A DNA stretch of 64,000 nucleotides, from positions 9,420-73,419 of the forward strand of contig JBBTXR010000001.1 in assembly GCA_038062175.1 (NCBI GenBank), in the 5' to 3' direction. Positions 46,456-58,078 of the stretch are shown in pieces. This DNA is from Patescibacteria group bacterium (GTDB lineage: Bacteria; Patescibacteriota; Minisyncoccia; Phycocordibacterales; Phycocordibacteraceae). Position numbers and translations under genes: made by a program. Under the pieces are notes generated by a model that was given only the letters and a program-made list of their open reading frames with translations, was not told the DNA's origin and ran no database searches. Each line of letters starts with the position of its first letter. Position 1 is the first letter of the stretch.

Positions 46456-47112
46456 ATGGAGAAAAAAGTAACTCCCGCGGTAGTCGATAAAACGCTGGAG
46501 CTTGCATCTCTCATGCTTGCGTTCGGGCGAACGCTCCGTGCAACCCATCATGAGGATGGTGAACGCAGAGAAACCGATAGCGACCATACCGTCATGCTCG
46601 GTGTTATGGCGTGCGCCTACGCCGATGTGTTCGCGCCACAACTCGATAAAGGAAAGATCGCGCAGTATGCACTCGTGCATGACTTGGTTGAAGTGTATGC
46701 GGGGGACACAGTTACCTTCGGTAAGCTCGACGGAAGCGGCGACAAGGAGAAGGAAGAGCGGGAGACAGCAGCGCTCGTGCGTATCAGGGAAGAGTTCGAT
46801 GTGGTATATCCGTGGATTGGTAAGACGATCGAGGAGTACGAGAGCCTCAACTCTTACGAAGCGCGCTTCGTGAAGGTGATCGATAAGGTGATGCCGAAGC
46901 TCGTACATATATTGAATAAGGGTGCGACAGTGCGAGCACTCAATCACGACGATAAGAGCACAAAGGAATTCCATGACTATCAGTTCAACAGGCTCACACA
47001 AACCTATGGTGCGGACCAGGCGGAGGCGATGGAACTCCTTAAGTGCGTAAATGAGGCAGTGCAGAAGGCGCGGAAAGACTGGGACGACGAGCTTGAAACT
47101 GCCTGCACCTAG
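46456..47112 (+). CDS. HD-domain hydrolase (YfbR-like 5'-deoxynucleotidase family)
   Basis: HD motif (ETDSDHTVMLGVMA ... LVHDLVEVYAGD). Confidence 0.75.
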   Translation: MEKKVTPAVVDKTLELASLMLAFGRTLRATHHEDGERRETDSDHTVMLGVMACAYADVFAPQLDKGKIAQYALVHDLVEVYAGDTVTFGKLDGSGDKEKEERETAALVRIREEFDVVYPWIGKTIEEYESLNSYEARFVKVIDKVMPKLVHILNKGATVRALNHDDKSTKEFHDYQFNRLTQTYGADQAEAMELLKCVNEAVQKARKDWDDELETACT

Positions 47113-47259
47113 ATTTGGTTCTAACAGGTAATGAAGCACCTCATTGCCGCAGTCGCACTCCTGGTTCTAGGCTATATCCTCGGCCGACAGCAGAGGTAGC
47201 TCACGCATACTTCAGTCTCGCTGCGTAAGACTGCGCATGTAGCAGCTAATAAGGCGCGT

Positions 47260-47544
47260 ATGACACAGATACAGACCAATGGCACAAAGCGCACGACCGA
47301 CCATGACGAGATCGAGCGCTGGGCAGAAGAGCGACAGGGCACGCCTGCGATCGTGGAATCGACGTGGGATGGAAACACTGCAGTGCTTCGAATTGACTTC
47401 GGCGAGCCGAACGAAACGCTTATGGAAATAGGGTGGGATCAATTCTTCCAGATCTTTGATGAGGCTGATCTTGAGTTCCACTACCAGGGATATACCGCAG
47501 ATGGAGACATCAGCCGCTTTCATCGGTTTGTTGAGCAGGAATAA
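47260..47544 (+). CDS. Hypothetical acidic small protein
   Basis: 94-aa ORF with no recognisable motif. Confidence 0.4.
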   Translation: MTQIQTNGTKRTTDHDEIERWAEERQGTPAIVESTWDGNTAVLRIDFGEPNETLMEIGWDQFFQIFDEADLEFHYQGYTADGDISRFHRFVEQE

Positions 47545-47567
47545 GCTGTAATGGCTATACTGTCGTT

Positions 47568-48206
47568 ATGGAGATAACGAAGTACGGACATGCTTGCCTC
47601 CTTGTTGAGGAAGGGAATGCCACGATCCTCCTTGATCCGGGGGTGTGGAATCCCATGCCTGATGCAACGGGTATCGATGCCGTGCTGATTACCCACGAGC
47701 ATCAGGACCATATCGATATTGAGCAATTGAAGGAGGTGTTAGAGAGAAACCCTGATGCCGTCGTATATACGCACGAGGCTGTCGGGAAGTTGCTTGAAGA
47801 AGCGGGTATTGCATACACTCTGATTACAGAAGGGGAGGTGGTGTCCGTGCAAGGTGTTTCCATACAGAGCTTTGGTCATGACCACGCCGTTATATATGGA
47901 GGCGTGTCTCCCTGCAGGAATACCGGGTATTTGATAGCGGAGAAGCTGTATGTGCCGGGAGATGCGTTGCATGATGTGCCTTTGAAACAGGTAGAGGTGC
48001 TCGCGCTTCCGACCGGGGCGCCTTGGATGAAGCTTTCTGAGGCTATTGATTATGCGAAGAAAGTACGGCCAAGAGTCGTATTCCCCATACATGACGCTAT
48101 GTATACGGAGGACTATCAGCGCGGCCTAGTTCCAAGGATTATCGCTAGCAATATAGGTGATATCGAGTTTAGAGACATGCCCATGGGAGCGGTGGAAGAG
48201 TTTTAG
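47568..48206 (+). CDS. MBL-fold metallo-hydrolase
   Basis: HxHxDH motif (LITHEHQDHID). Confidence 0.8.
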   Translation: MEITKYGHACLLVEEGNATILLDPGVWNPMPDATGIDAVLITHEHQDHIDIEQLKEVLERNPDAVVYTHEAVGKLLEEAGIAYTLITEGEVVSVQGVSIQSFGHDHAVIYGGVSPCRNTGYLIAEKLYVPGDALHDVPLKQVEVLALPTGAPWMKLSEAIDYAKKVRPRVVFPIHDAMYTEDYQRGLVPRIIASNIGDIEFRDMPMGAVEEF

Positions 48207-48286
48207 GTAAGTGGAAAGAGTACAAAACGTCCCCATAAGAGCGATACACTGTCTCTACGACACTGTGTGTCCATTACACTAACCAT

Positions 48287-49186
48287 TTGCAATCCATGAT
48301 GAAAGTATTGGTAGCATCGGGTGTTGCGCTCGGCCTTTTGATTTCGGCCGTGCCAGCACCGGTGTTTGCGCAGACCTCGACATCGAACACGGTGCAGGTT
48401 GAGACGCTCTTGAAACAGATCAAGCAGCTGCAGGATCAGCTCGCAGAACTTAGCAAGCAGCGCGCTGAAGTCGGCGTTGAACTTAAGGACGCCCTTGCGC
48501 TCGCTGCTGATCTTCGTCAGGGCATGACTAGCGAAGAGGTGAAGGCACTTCAGGAGATCCTTGCCGCTGACCCTGAGATATACCCTGAGGGTGTAGTGTC
48601 TGGTTTCTACGGTCCGTTGACCGCGAAGGCCGTCGCTAAGTTCCAGAAGAAGCATGGTATTGAAGGTGAGGCTGCAGTCGGCATGAAGACTCGCGCTCGC
48701 ATCAACGCACTCGCTGATGATAAGGACTTCCGCTGTAAGGCGTGGGGCAAGCTTATCGCTCCTGGCCAGATGAAGAAGCGTCTTGGTAATGCAACCATCG
48801 ACCTCTCTATGTGCGGAAAGGTTCCTGAGGGCATTCAGAAGAAACTTGATGGTGACTGGAGGACGGGTACGTCATCGACCGCTACCTCGACCGATCGATT
48901 TGCGCCGGTTATCTCACGCGTCGACATTGATGACATCACTGATGATTCAGCGATGCTTACGTTCTGGACGAGCGAGCCTGCACAGGCTGCTATCTGGTAC
49001 AGCACCGAGAACGATCTCGATGACGCGGAGGTGGAGGAAAACACGAAGTTTGTGAAGGAGCATGAATTCGAATTTGAGGATCTTGAAGCGGATACGGACT
49101 ACTACTACCGTATCGTCGTAACGGACAAGGCAGGCAACAGTGCCACCTCAACCATCCGAGACTTCGAGACTGAAGAGGAGGATTAA
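48287..49186 (+). CDS. Secreted protein with PG_binding_1-like domain and C-terminal Fn3-like domain
   Basis: Signal peptide, PG-binding motif (GFYGPLTAKAVAKFQKKHGI), then an Fn3-like segment (DTDYYYRIVVTDKAGNSAT). Confidence 0.6.
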   Translation: MQSMMKVLVASGVALGLLISAVPAPVFAQTSTSNTVQVETLLKQIKQLQDQLAELSKQRAEVGVELKDALALAADLRQGMTSEEVKALQEILAADPEIYPEGVVSGFYGPLTAKAVAKFQKKHGIEGEAAVGMKTRARINALADDKDFRCKAWGKLIAPGQMKKRLGNATIDLSMCGKVPEGIQKKLDGDWRTGTSSTATSTDRFAPVISRVDIDDITDDSAMLTFWTSEPAQAAIWYSTENDLDDAEVEENTKFVKEHEFEFEDLEADTDYYYRIVVTDKAGNSATSTIRDFETEEED

Positions 49187-49206
49187 TCGATTGTAGTGAA
49201 GAAAGG

Positions 49207-49236
49207 TAAAAGCCCCGCTCACGCGGGGCTTTTACT
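49207..49236 (+). terminator. Rho-independent terminator
   Basis: aaaagccccgc-tcac-gcggggctttt. Confidence 0.75.
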
Positions 49237-49306
49237 ATCCACTCCCTCGAGGAAAAAATCATAAAATCTTTATATAAATTTTATCGCTCTTGGGTAGAGT
49301 GCGGGC

Positions 49307-51844
49307 ATGAAACTCAATCAACTTTCTGCCTCTGCACTTATCGGTGTACTTATTATTCTTCCGTTCGCGGCGCATGCCGATATCATTCCGGGTGATCCCG
49401 TGCTCTCTACCTTCGAGAATCAGCAGGGACTCATGGTCTCGCTTGAGGTGGGTGGCGAAGTGATTACTGATGCAGCCTCAAGTTCACTTCCCGTAGGTAC
49501 GCCACTAGAAATTGAGTATCAGATCAAACTCGGGAGCAGAAACTATCCAAATGATTCTGAAGAAGTACGAACAGAAATACTGTTGAGTATCCTTGAAGAC
49601 ACGCGAACGTATCTCGAGCTGTGGCGGGGCACACCGTTTACTGCCGACGCAACATTCATCGATTCAAGAGAGTTGTCGGCTACACCTGAGGGTACGGTGA
49701 GCATGAGTGTGCCGGAAGCTGGGGAGTACTTCTTCTTACTCTATGCGGGAGATCAGATACGGGATATGGATGCGTATTGCGAAAAGTATCAGGTCGAACC
49801 AGAAAACTGTGCTGACCCTGAGTTCATACAGCAACATACTCCCGAAGAAGTGCATCCGTACTTCACCTATGAACTCGACTCAGATCCATGGAATGAGTTT
49901 CAGTTTCCGCCTATATGGGGAGGAGTACGTTTTGCAATTGATGCGCCGTCGGTAGGGGCACCGAATATTCTTTTCATTCCAGGATTCACCGCAAGCCGGC
50001 TGTATATGACAGATACCGATGGTGATGAGGAGCCCTTGTGGGAGCCGCTGGGGAGCGAGGACATCAAGAGGCTCGCTTTTACGCCTGAAGGTACGAGCAA
50101 GGAGGTTGTGTATACGCGCGATATCGTTGATTCGATTAAGAATCTTCCGTTTGGGTTTACGGTCCACGAGGAATTTATGGAATATCTCGATGACCTTAAG
50201 GAAGACGAGAAGATCGCTGACTGGAAGGGATATCCATACGACTGGCGGTATGACGTGTTTGATGTGGTCGATAACGGTGCACTGAAGGAGAACGGTTCGC
50301 GCGAATACCTTATTGATGTTGTCGAAGAGCTCGCAGCATCTTCAAAGAATGGAAAGGTAGCGATCGTTGCTCATTCAAATGGTGGACTTGTCGCAAAGGC
50401 GCTTATGGTGCGACTTGAAGCGCAGGGGAAGGCAGATCTTGTAGATAAGATTGTATTGATTGCATCACCGCAGGCGGGGACGCCCAAAGGCATGTTCAGT
50501 CTCCTGCATGGGCGTGAGAAGCTCCTCAACTTCATCGTTCCGGCAGGCGTACTTCGCTCTGTGCTTGCGACCCTTCCGGGCGCATATTCACTCGCGCCTT
50601 CAGGGATGTACTTCGAACAGGAATCTGAGAAGCTTGCCGAATTCAAGAGTGGATCGAAGACTGATGCTTTGGTGGCAGCGTTCGGATCTGCAATTGATTC
50701 AGCAGTAGAAGCACGGGGATTTGCACTCAATACACCAGAGACAAGATCGACTCCAACCGAAAGGGATTCGGGCACACCGCTCCCACTTTCTCCAGAATTA
50801 ATCGCAAAGACTGAAGCGACGCACGCAATCCTAGATGCGTGGGTGCCACCCGCAGGCGTAACGGTGCATGAGATTGCGGGATGGGGCCAGCCGACCGTCA
50901 GTACTGGTTCCTACTACACGCTTAACAAAACCTGCTTGCTTGGAATATTCTTCTGCAGCCAACCAACTATTGAATACAAGCCACTCACTTCTAGTGATGG
51001 AGATGAGACGGTGATGTCATCGAGTGCATTGATGGGGGAGGGTGGGGTGTATTTCAACCTGCATGAATTGAGGGATCAGTTTAGAGAAAACAAAAAGCAC
51101 CATAACCTTACCGATTCTAAGTTCCTGCATCCATACATATCTAATTTGCTTGTCGGTACGACTCCGTTTGAAACAGATTTATTCCCTTATGAAAAACCCG
51201 ATACAAATCTTGCAAACACAGTCGTTGGTATCCACTCTCCTGCACTTATATCGGCAGAAGATACAGAAGGTAATGTGACAGGCATATTCCCACTCACGAA
51301 TAGTGATCTGATGTACGTGCGTGAGGAAATACCAGGCAGTAGTGTCGAGTTGGGAGGAGAAGGTAAATACCTTGTTCTTCCTAAAGAAGGTGCGTACGAC
51401 CTTACTATTGATGGAACTGGTGCCGGGACATTCGGTGTTTCCTTCTCAGATGAGGACGGGAATGTATTTAAGGAGTTAAAAGATCTACCCATTTCGACTT
51501 CTACTGAAGCAACTCTCACCATTGATGACGGAAGTGCAGGATCGCTCATTCTGGATCTCGATGGAGATGGAAAGACAGATGGTGTCGTAAAAGACAAGCT
51601 CGCCCGAAAAGATGCTATAGCTATCTGTAAGAAAGAAATAGGCCTCGTCCGTACTGTGTTCGTGAAATTGTACATAGCTCTTGTTATAGGCAGTATCGAA
51701 TCTCAGGGAAAGGACAATGCAAAGTTTCAGAAGTTCGTCACAGAACTCAAGAAATATGTTCAGGCACACCTGAGCTCTATCCCCCCTGAGCGTGCTGCAG
51801 CTATTGCTACCTGCATCCATGCGCTGGAGAATAGTAAGAAATGA
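49307..51844 (+). CDS. Large secreted alpha/beta-hydrolase (lipase/PGAP1-like) protein
   Basis: Signal peptide (LIGVLIILPFAAHA). GxSxG-type nucleophile elbow (IVAHSNGGLVA). 845 aa with beta-rich C-terminal extensions. Confidence 0.55.
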   Translation: MKLNQLSASALIGVLIILPFAAHADIIPGDPVLSTFENQQGLMVSLEVGGEVITDAASSSLPVGTPLEIEYQIKLGSRNYPNDSEEVRTEILLSILEDTRTYLELWRGTPFTADATFIDSRELSATPEGTVSMSVPEAGEYFFLLYAGDQIRDMDAYCEKYQVEPENCADPEFIQQHTPEEVHPYFTYELDSDPWNEFQFPPIWGGVRFAIDAPSVGAPNILFIPGFTASRLYMTDTDGDEEPLWEPLGSEDIKRLAFTPEGTSKEVVYTRDIVDSIKNLPFGFTVHEEFMEYLDDLKEDEKIADWKGYPYDWRYDVFDVVDNGALKENGSREYLIDVVEELAASSKNGKVAIVAHSNGGLVAKALMVRLEAQGKADLVDKIVLIASPQAGTPKGMFSLLHGREKLLNFIVPAGVLRSVLATLPGAYSLAPSGMYFEQESEKLAEFKSGSKTDALVAAFGSAIDSAVEARGFALNTPETRSTPTERDSGTPLPLSPELIAKTEATHAILDAWVPPAGVTVHEIAGWGQPTVSTGSYYTLNKTCLLGIFFCSQPTIEYKPLTSSDGDETVMSSSALMGEGGVYFNLHELRDQFRENKKHHNLTDSKFLHPYISNLLVGTTPFETDLFPYEKPDTNLANTVVGIHSPALISAEDTEGNVTGIFPLTNSDLMYVREEIPGSSVELGGEGKYLVLPKEGAYDLTIDGTGAGTFGVSFSDEDGNVFKELKDLPISTSTEATLTIDDGSAGSLILDLDGDGKTDGVVKDKLARKDAIAICKKEIGLVRTVFVKLYIALVIGSIESQGKDNAKFQKFVTELKKYVQAHLSSIPPERAAAIATCIHALENSKK

Positions 51845-52275
51845 AGCAAAAGCTCTTATTAGTAGGTGTAGCAACTCTGGGCGTAATTGCCGTTACTTAT
51901 TTGATTTGGCCCGAATGGTTCGGTTTTTGCGAGAAAATCAAAACCGTCACTCGCGGTGATATATGTCGCGCACCATACGCTGCCCTAGTAGGTAAGCCAC
52001 TGTTGCCGTTCACATTAGGTTTTCTGCTAGCCTCACTCTTTGCCTTCTTCGTTACCCGAAAGACTCACCACCACTGGGCCTGGTTTACCCTCTGGTACAG
52101 CATTGTAGCTGCCATTCTCATGCTCCTGGCTATCGCTTCTGAGATTGATGTAGGCATGCTTACCATTCAGCTCTTTGATATAGAGAAGGTGGCCTGGTTC
52201 CTGGCGGGTATATACGCCGTTATCTCAGTCCTTCTCCTCGGTATCTCCGACTTTCTGATCCGTCGGAAGCGATAG
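51841..52275 (+). CDS. Integral membrane protein (4 TM), hypothetical
   Basis: 144-aa hydrophobic ORF overlapping the upstream stop (ATGA). Confidence 0.5.
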   Translation: MKQKLLLVGVATLGVIAVTYLIWPEWFGFCEKIKTVTRGDICRAPYAALVGKPLLPFTLGFLLASLFAFFVTRKTHHHWAWFTLWYSIVAAILMLLAIASEIDVGMLTIQLFDIEKVAWFLAGIYAVISVLLLGISDFLIRRKR

Positions 52276-52286
52276 GAAGGATGTAT

Positions 52287-52315
52287 TTGCATTAATCTAG
52301 GCCTTTCTATATAGT
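52287..52315 (+). promoter_or_regulatory. Sigma-70-like promoter upstream of rpsL (TTGCAT-N17-TATAGT)
   Basis: Near-consensus -35 and -10 with 17-bp spacing, about 36 nt upstream of the rpsL ATG. Confidence 0.5.
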
Positions 52316-52351
52316 GTGCCTAACTCCCACGGGGGAGTTTTCATTTACGAC

Positions 52352-52762
52352 ATGGCAACCATCCAGCAGCTGACAAAGTCTCCTCGGAGCAAGAACAAGC
52401 GAAAATCAAAAGTCGTGGCTCTTGGTCGTGGTTTCAACACCTTGAAGAATCGTCCAACCTTCTACCCAGCGCCATTTAAGCGCGGTGTTTGTGTGAAGGT
52501 GACGACGAAAACCCCCCGCAAGCCTAACTCGGCTATTCGTAAGATCGCCCGTGTCCGCCTTACTAACGGTATGGAGGTTACTGCCTACATCCCAGGTGAG
52601 GGTCACAACCTCCAGGAGCACTCAGTGGTCATGCTCCGTGGTGGTCGCGTGAAGGACATTGGTGTCCAGTACACCATCGTTCGTGGACGCCTTGATACCG
52701 CCGGTCTTGATAAGCGTCGCCGTGGTCGCTCACGTTATGGTGCTAAGCGCCCGAAGGCATAA
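52352..52762 (+). CDS. rpsL: 30S ribosomal protein S12
   Basis: S12 signature (PKKPNSALRK-like: [20 protein letters not shown]). Start at MATIQQL. Confidence 0.9.
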   Translation: MATIQQLTKSPRSKNKRKSKVVALGRGFNTLKNRPTFYPAPFKRGVCVKVTTKTPRKPNSAIRKIARVRLTNGMEVTAYIPGEGHNLQEHSVVMLRGGRVKDIGVQYTIVRGRLDTAGLDKRRRGRSRYGAKRPKA

Positions 52763-52771
52763 TTTTAGAAC

Positions 52772-53236
52772 ATGCGTCACCCTGTAAAGAACAAGTACCC
52801 ACGCCGCCCTGACCTCGTCTACGGATCCGAGGCTATCTCACGCTTCATCAACACGGTCATGTGGGACGGTAAGAAGGACACGGCTCGTAAGCTCGTGTAT
52901 GGAGCGCTCGACAAGATCAAGGAGCAGGAGATGGATCCGCTTGAGACCTTCGAGACCGCCATCCGCAACGTCGCTCCCCTTATGGAGGTTCGTTCCCGCC
53001 GTGTCGGTGGCGCTAACTACCAGGTGCCTCGCGAGGTTCCTCAGCAGCGCCGTATCGCTCTTGCATACCGCTGGCTCATCAACGCTGCCCGCAACAAGAA
53101 GGGGAAGCCTATGGCCGAGAAGCTCGCAGAGCAGATCCTCCTTGCCGCAAAGAACGAGGGTGACGCAATTAAGAAGAAGGACGACATGCACCGCATGGCA
53201 GAAGCAAACAAGGCATTTGCTCACTTCGCGTGGTAA
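52772..53236 (+). CDS. rpsG: 30S ribosomal protein S7
   Basis: S7 motifs ([32 protein letters not shown]). Confidence 0.9.
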   Translation: MRHPVKNKYPRRPDLVYGSEAISRFINTVMWDGKKDTARKLVYGALDKIKEQEMDPLETFETAIRNVAPLMEVRSRRVGGANYQVPREVPQQRRIALAYRWLINAARNKKGKPMAEKLAEQILLAAKNEGDAIKKKDDMHRMAEANKAFAHFAW

Positions 53237-53307
53237 TTCCTTACCAATAGGAACTGAGAAAGGCGCTCCGTACGGAGCGCCTTTCGCGTCGTATATACTA
53301 AGGAAAC

Positions 53308-53571
53308 ATGAGTGATGAGGTGATATTCGATGGAGAGAAAGATCCGGTGGCATCGCGCCGCTCAAACAATCAGCGTACTGGCAGATCCATAGCCGAACTC
53401 ATTACCCCAGGACCGCGTAAAGAGCAGGGCATGAGCGACAAGGTCGTGCTTGGTGTCCTAGGAACGGTACTTATAGCCTCAATCCTTATTGCGGTTAAGA
53501 CAGCACCCAAAGAAATCGTGCTGCTGACGCCCATGGACGCGCCGCTGGTTAATCCGCCACCGCGCCAATAG
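53308..53571 (+). CDS. Hypothetical small single-TM protein
   Basis: 87-aa ORF with one hydrophobic helix ([18 protein letters not shown]), immediately upstream of and nearly abutting the pilin gene. Confidence 0.4.
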   Translation: MSDEVIFDGEKDPVASRRSNNQRTGRSIAELITPGPRKEQGMSDKVVLGVLGTVLIASILIAVKTAPKEIVLLTPMDAPLVNPPPRQ

Positions 53572-53573
53572 TT

Positions 53574-54041
53574 ATGAAACAATCTCCACGCGGATTCACG
53601 CTTATTGAGCTCCTGGTCGTCATTGCGATCATCGGGATCCTGTCTTCGGTCGTGCTCGCGTCATTGAATGTGGCGCGTAACCGGGCGAATGACGCAAAGA
53701 GAAAGTCTGACGCAGGTCAACTTGTTCGGGCAATCGCTAACTTCTACAGCACTAACGGTTCACTTCCGCAGGTTACTAACTTCTGCTCAACGGTGACGCA
53801 TACGACGGGTGGCCCGCTTCTTACGTCAGACCTGGTGCCAGGCTATATAGCAAAGCTTTCAAGTGATCCGACTCGTGGGGGTGGGGCAGGTGACTATATC
53901 TACAGAAATAGAGATGATCATAATGGCGGATATACGGTGTGCGCTGCTCTTGAAACCGATCCGGGTACGGAGGAGCCTTCTGATATGTCGTCATGTGCAG
54001 GTTGGTCGGCTTCGTATAACCACTGTATTACGCAGCGGTAA
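53574..54041 (+). CDS. Type IV major pilin (PilA-like), inside the str operon
   Basis: Classic prepilin N-terminus ([26 protein letters not shown]) and a C-terminal Cys pair. Confidence 0.85.
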   Translation: MKQSPRGFTLIELLVVIAIIGILSSVVLASLNVARNRANDAKRKSDAGQLVRAIANFYSTNGSLPQVTNFCSTVTHTTGGPLLTSDLVPGYIAKLSSDPTRGGGAGDYIYRNRDDHNGGYTVCAALETDPGTEEPSDMSSCAGWSASYNHCITQR

Positions 54042-54045
54042 AAGT

Positions 54046-54080
54046 GAGCGCGCCCCGGAAAGGGCGCGCGAAGCATAAAT
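54046..54080. terminator. Bidirectional GC hairpin between the pilin gene and the antisense ORF
   Basis: gcgcgccc-cggaaa-gggcgcgc 8-bp stem. T-rich on the minus side. Confidence 0.55.
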
Positions 54081-54083
54081 TTC

Positions 54084-54380
54084 TCAGTGACGTTTCGGTC
54101 GTAGTCCGAGTTGTTCACTCACGGTCCGGACCCTCGCCGATGTGTTTTTAAAGCCAAGACTGGTCAGGTCATGGCTACCTACCGCTGTCCAGGATTGTCC
54201 CGTCTCATCTGTCGCAAAAGTAACTTCAGGCATGGCACTGAACGTCGGGCCATACTTTGCTTTCTCAGCCTTTGATCGTGCGATGCTTGGCATGTGGGAG
54301 AAACCGAGTTCGCGAAGCTTTGCGGCGTGTTTACTCTCTGCGTCCATGAATTTATCTCCTTCTGTCGAAGACCGTACCAT
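54084..54380 (-). CDS. Hypothetical protein (antisense to the str operon direction)
   Basis: 98-aa ORF with no motif. Coding status uncertain. Confidence 0.3.
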   Translation of the reverse strand: MVRSSTEGDKFMDAESKHAAKLRELGFSHMPSIARSKAEKAKYGPTFSAMPEVTFATDETGQSWTAVGSHDLTSLGFKNTSARVRTVSEQLGLRPKRH

Positions 54381-54458
54381 CCCGTTTGCTTTTTGTCCCC
54401 CAGTTCCGTATCTTATGGGTAACGCAACTGCGGGCTTTTTTATTTACTTTCACACCTT

Positions 54459-56606
<2,148 letters not shown>

Positions 56607-56650
56607 GTATCTGCTACCTCAAAAGAACATAGCGCTGTCCTGCGACAGCG

Positions 56651-57523
56651 CTATGTTCTTTTATATGCCTCTCGTAACGCAACTACGTCGTCACTTACGT
56701 TCTTCAGCGTAGGAACGAGGTGGTCGTAGAGTATATCGATGAGTTTGAATGTCTCTTCGAAAGCAGTGCGAGATTGAGGGAGGCTATGGAGTGAGAAGAT
56801 GTAGATCTTTGTTCCTACACACTCAAATCCATACGAGCCAAACGAATCCATATATGAGGCCATGAATGCAGGATCCAGCACCGTGAGTGCCTCCACTTCC
56901 ATCTCGTGAGAGGTGTACACATCAAATTGGTCATTAAATGGTCCTTCAAGCCGAAGGATTCTTGTTCCATGAGGGCTCCAATCTCTAGCTCCACTCCAAC
57001 GTTTTGGTCGCACTAGCAGATCGAGCATGGGAACTGCGCACTCTACCTCCCATACGAGCATCTGATGATATGTCCTGTGCTTGTGGCTACCGGTGGTGTA
57101 GTGGAAGGTGAAGAAGCGTGTCGGACGACCTTCGTAGGTTCCTGAGAACACGTCGGCGAGTCTGCGACTGTGCCCGAATGAAAAGATCTGTCCGGTAACG
57201 GTATTCATGGCAGCGGATTCGCTGTACGCGAAGCCGTAGGATGCGGCAATCTCCTTATAAAATTGTTTCTGGACGACACGTCGCGCAAGTCCGTATGCAA
57301 TCAAAAAGGGTGCGATAGGTAACGAAAGTACGAGGACCACACCCGTTGCGTTGCTTACGAAGGTTTCTAGAGATCCTAGTGCGAATGCGGCTACGACGAG
57401 CCCTGCAATAGCACAGAGTTCAAAGACTATGGCGATAGTGGCGAGTACCTGTGTCCGTCTGCGGTGTGTCACCCACAGATGCGTCATAAGGGCATCCTCA
57501 ACGCTTTCTATGCGAGATTCCAT
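56651..57523 (-). CDS. Hypothetical membrane protein (2 N-terminal TM helices plus cytoplasmic domain) between fusA and tuf
   Basis: 290-aa ORF on the opposite strand to the ribosomal cluster. Confidence 0.5.
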   Translation of the reverse strand: MESRIESVEDALMTHLWVTHRRRTQVLATIAIVFELCAIAGLVVAAFALGSLETFVSNATGVVLVLSLPIAPFLIAYGLARRVVQKQFYKEIAASYGFAYSESAAMNTVTGQIFSFGHSRRLADVFSGTYEGRPTRFFTFHYTTGSHKHRTYHQMLVWEVECAVPMLDLLVRPKRWSGARDWSPHGTRILRLEGPFNDQFDVYTSHEMEVEALTVLDPAFMASYMDSFGSYGFECVGTKIYIFSLHSLPQSRTAFEETFKLIDILYDHLVPTLKNVSDDVVALREAYKRT

Positions 57524-57622
57524 GATTTCCTCACAGTACCTTGATTCATATGGACGACCTTCTCTTATGCACAGGATTTCTCATGCTATGCTCAGCCGCA
57601 GAACAGTAGGAGGAAGGTTTCA

Positions 57623-57859
57623 ATGGCAACCTATTTCTTCGAGACGATCACAGACGGACAGGCACTGAGATTCAATGATGATGACGTACTCGTCTTCGGG
57701 GCAGTCAACAATGATCGATTTCCCTTCAGCGAGGTCTGCATCTTGGCTCGACCGCGACTTCCAGCACCGCCACCCGTACTCGGCAAACGGCTCCTGATGA
57801 CGCAGACGGTGCTCCGCAGACCTGAACTGTGGCAGAAAAGGACACGAGGCGACCCCTAG
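57623..57859 (+). CDS. Small hypothetical protein with strong SD and its own terminator
   Basis: AGGAGGAAGG sits 5 nt upstream of the ATG. 78 aa. The stop is embedded in a GC hairpin terminator. Confidence 0.45.
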   Translation: MATYFFETITDGQALRFNDDDVLVFGAVNNDRFPFSEVCILARPRLPAPPPVLGKRLLMTQTVLRRPELWQKRTRGDP

Positions 57860-57880
57860 GGTCGCCTTTCCTTGACCTTT
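57848..57880 (+). terminator. Rho-independent terminator
   Basis: ggcgaccc-cta-gggtcgcc followed by tttccttgaccttt. Confidence 0.7.
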
Positions 57881-58078
57881 CATTTCACGGCCTGTATCTT
57901 TACCCCTAACGCGAGTACGGCGCTCTTTTTAGTATTCCTTCTCCATAGGGGACAGGGGTTTCTGAAAGGCGCTGCGCGGGGAAATCGCCCAACGCCTTGG
58001 TCGCCTGCCATTCTCTGAGGGGAAGCAGGCAGGCGCGGCAAAAAGTTATAACTTTAGCTACCAGTAATTTACGTACCT

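Noticed and set aside
46426-47139. 237-aa minus-strand ORF antisense to the HD-domain hydrolase gene
   Set aside because: It completely overlaps a plus-strand gene with clear HD motifs and good spacing to its neighbours. The antisense translation has no motifs and a Leu/His/Cys-rich composition typical of spurious frames.
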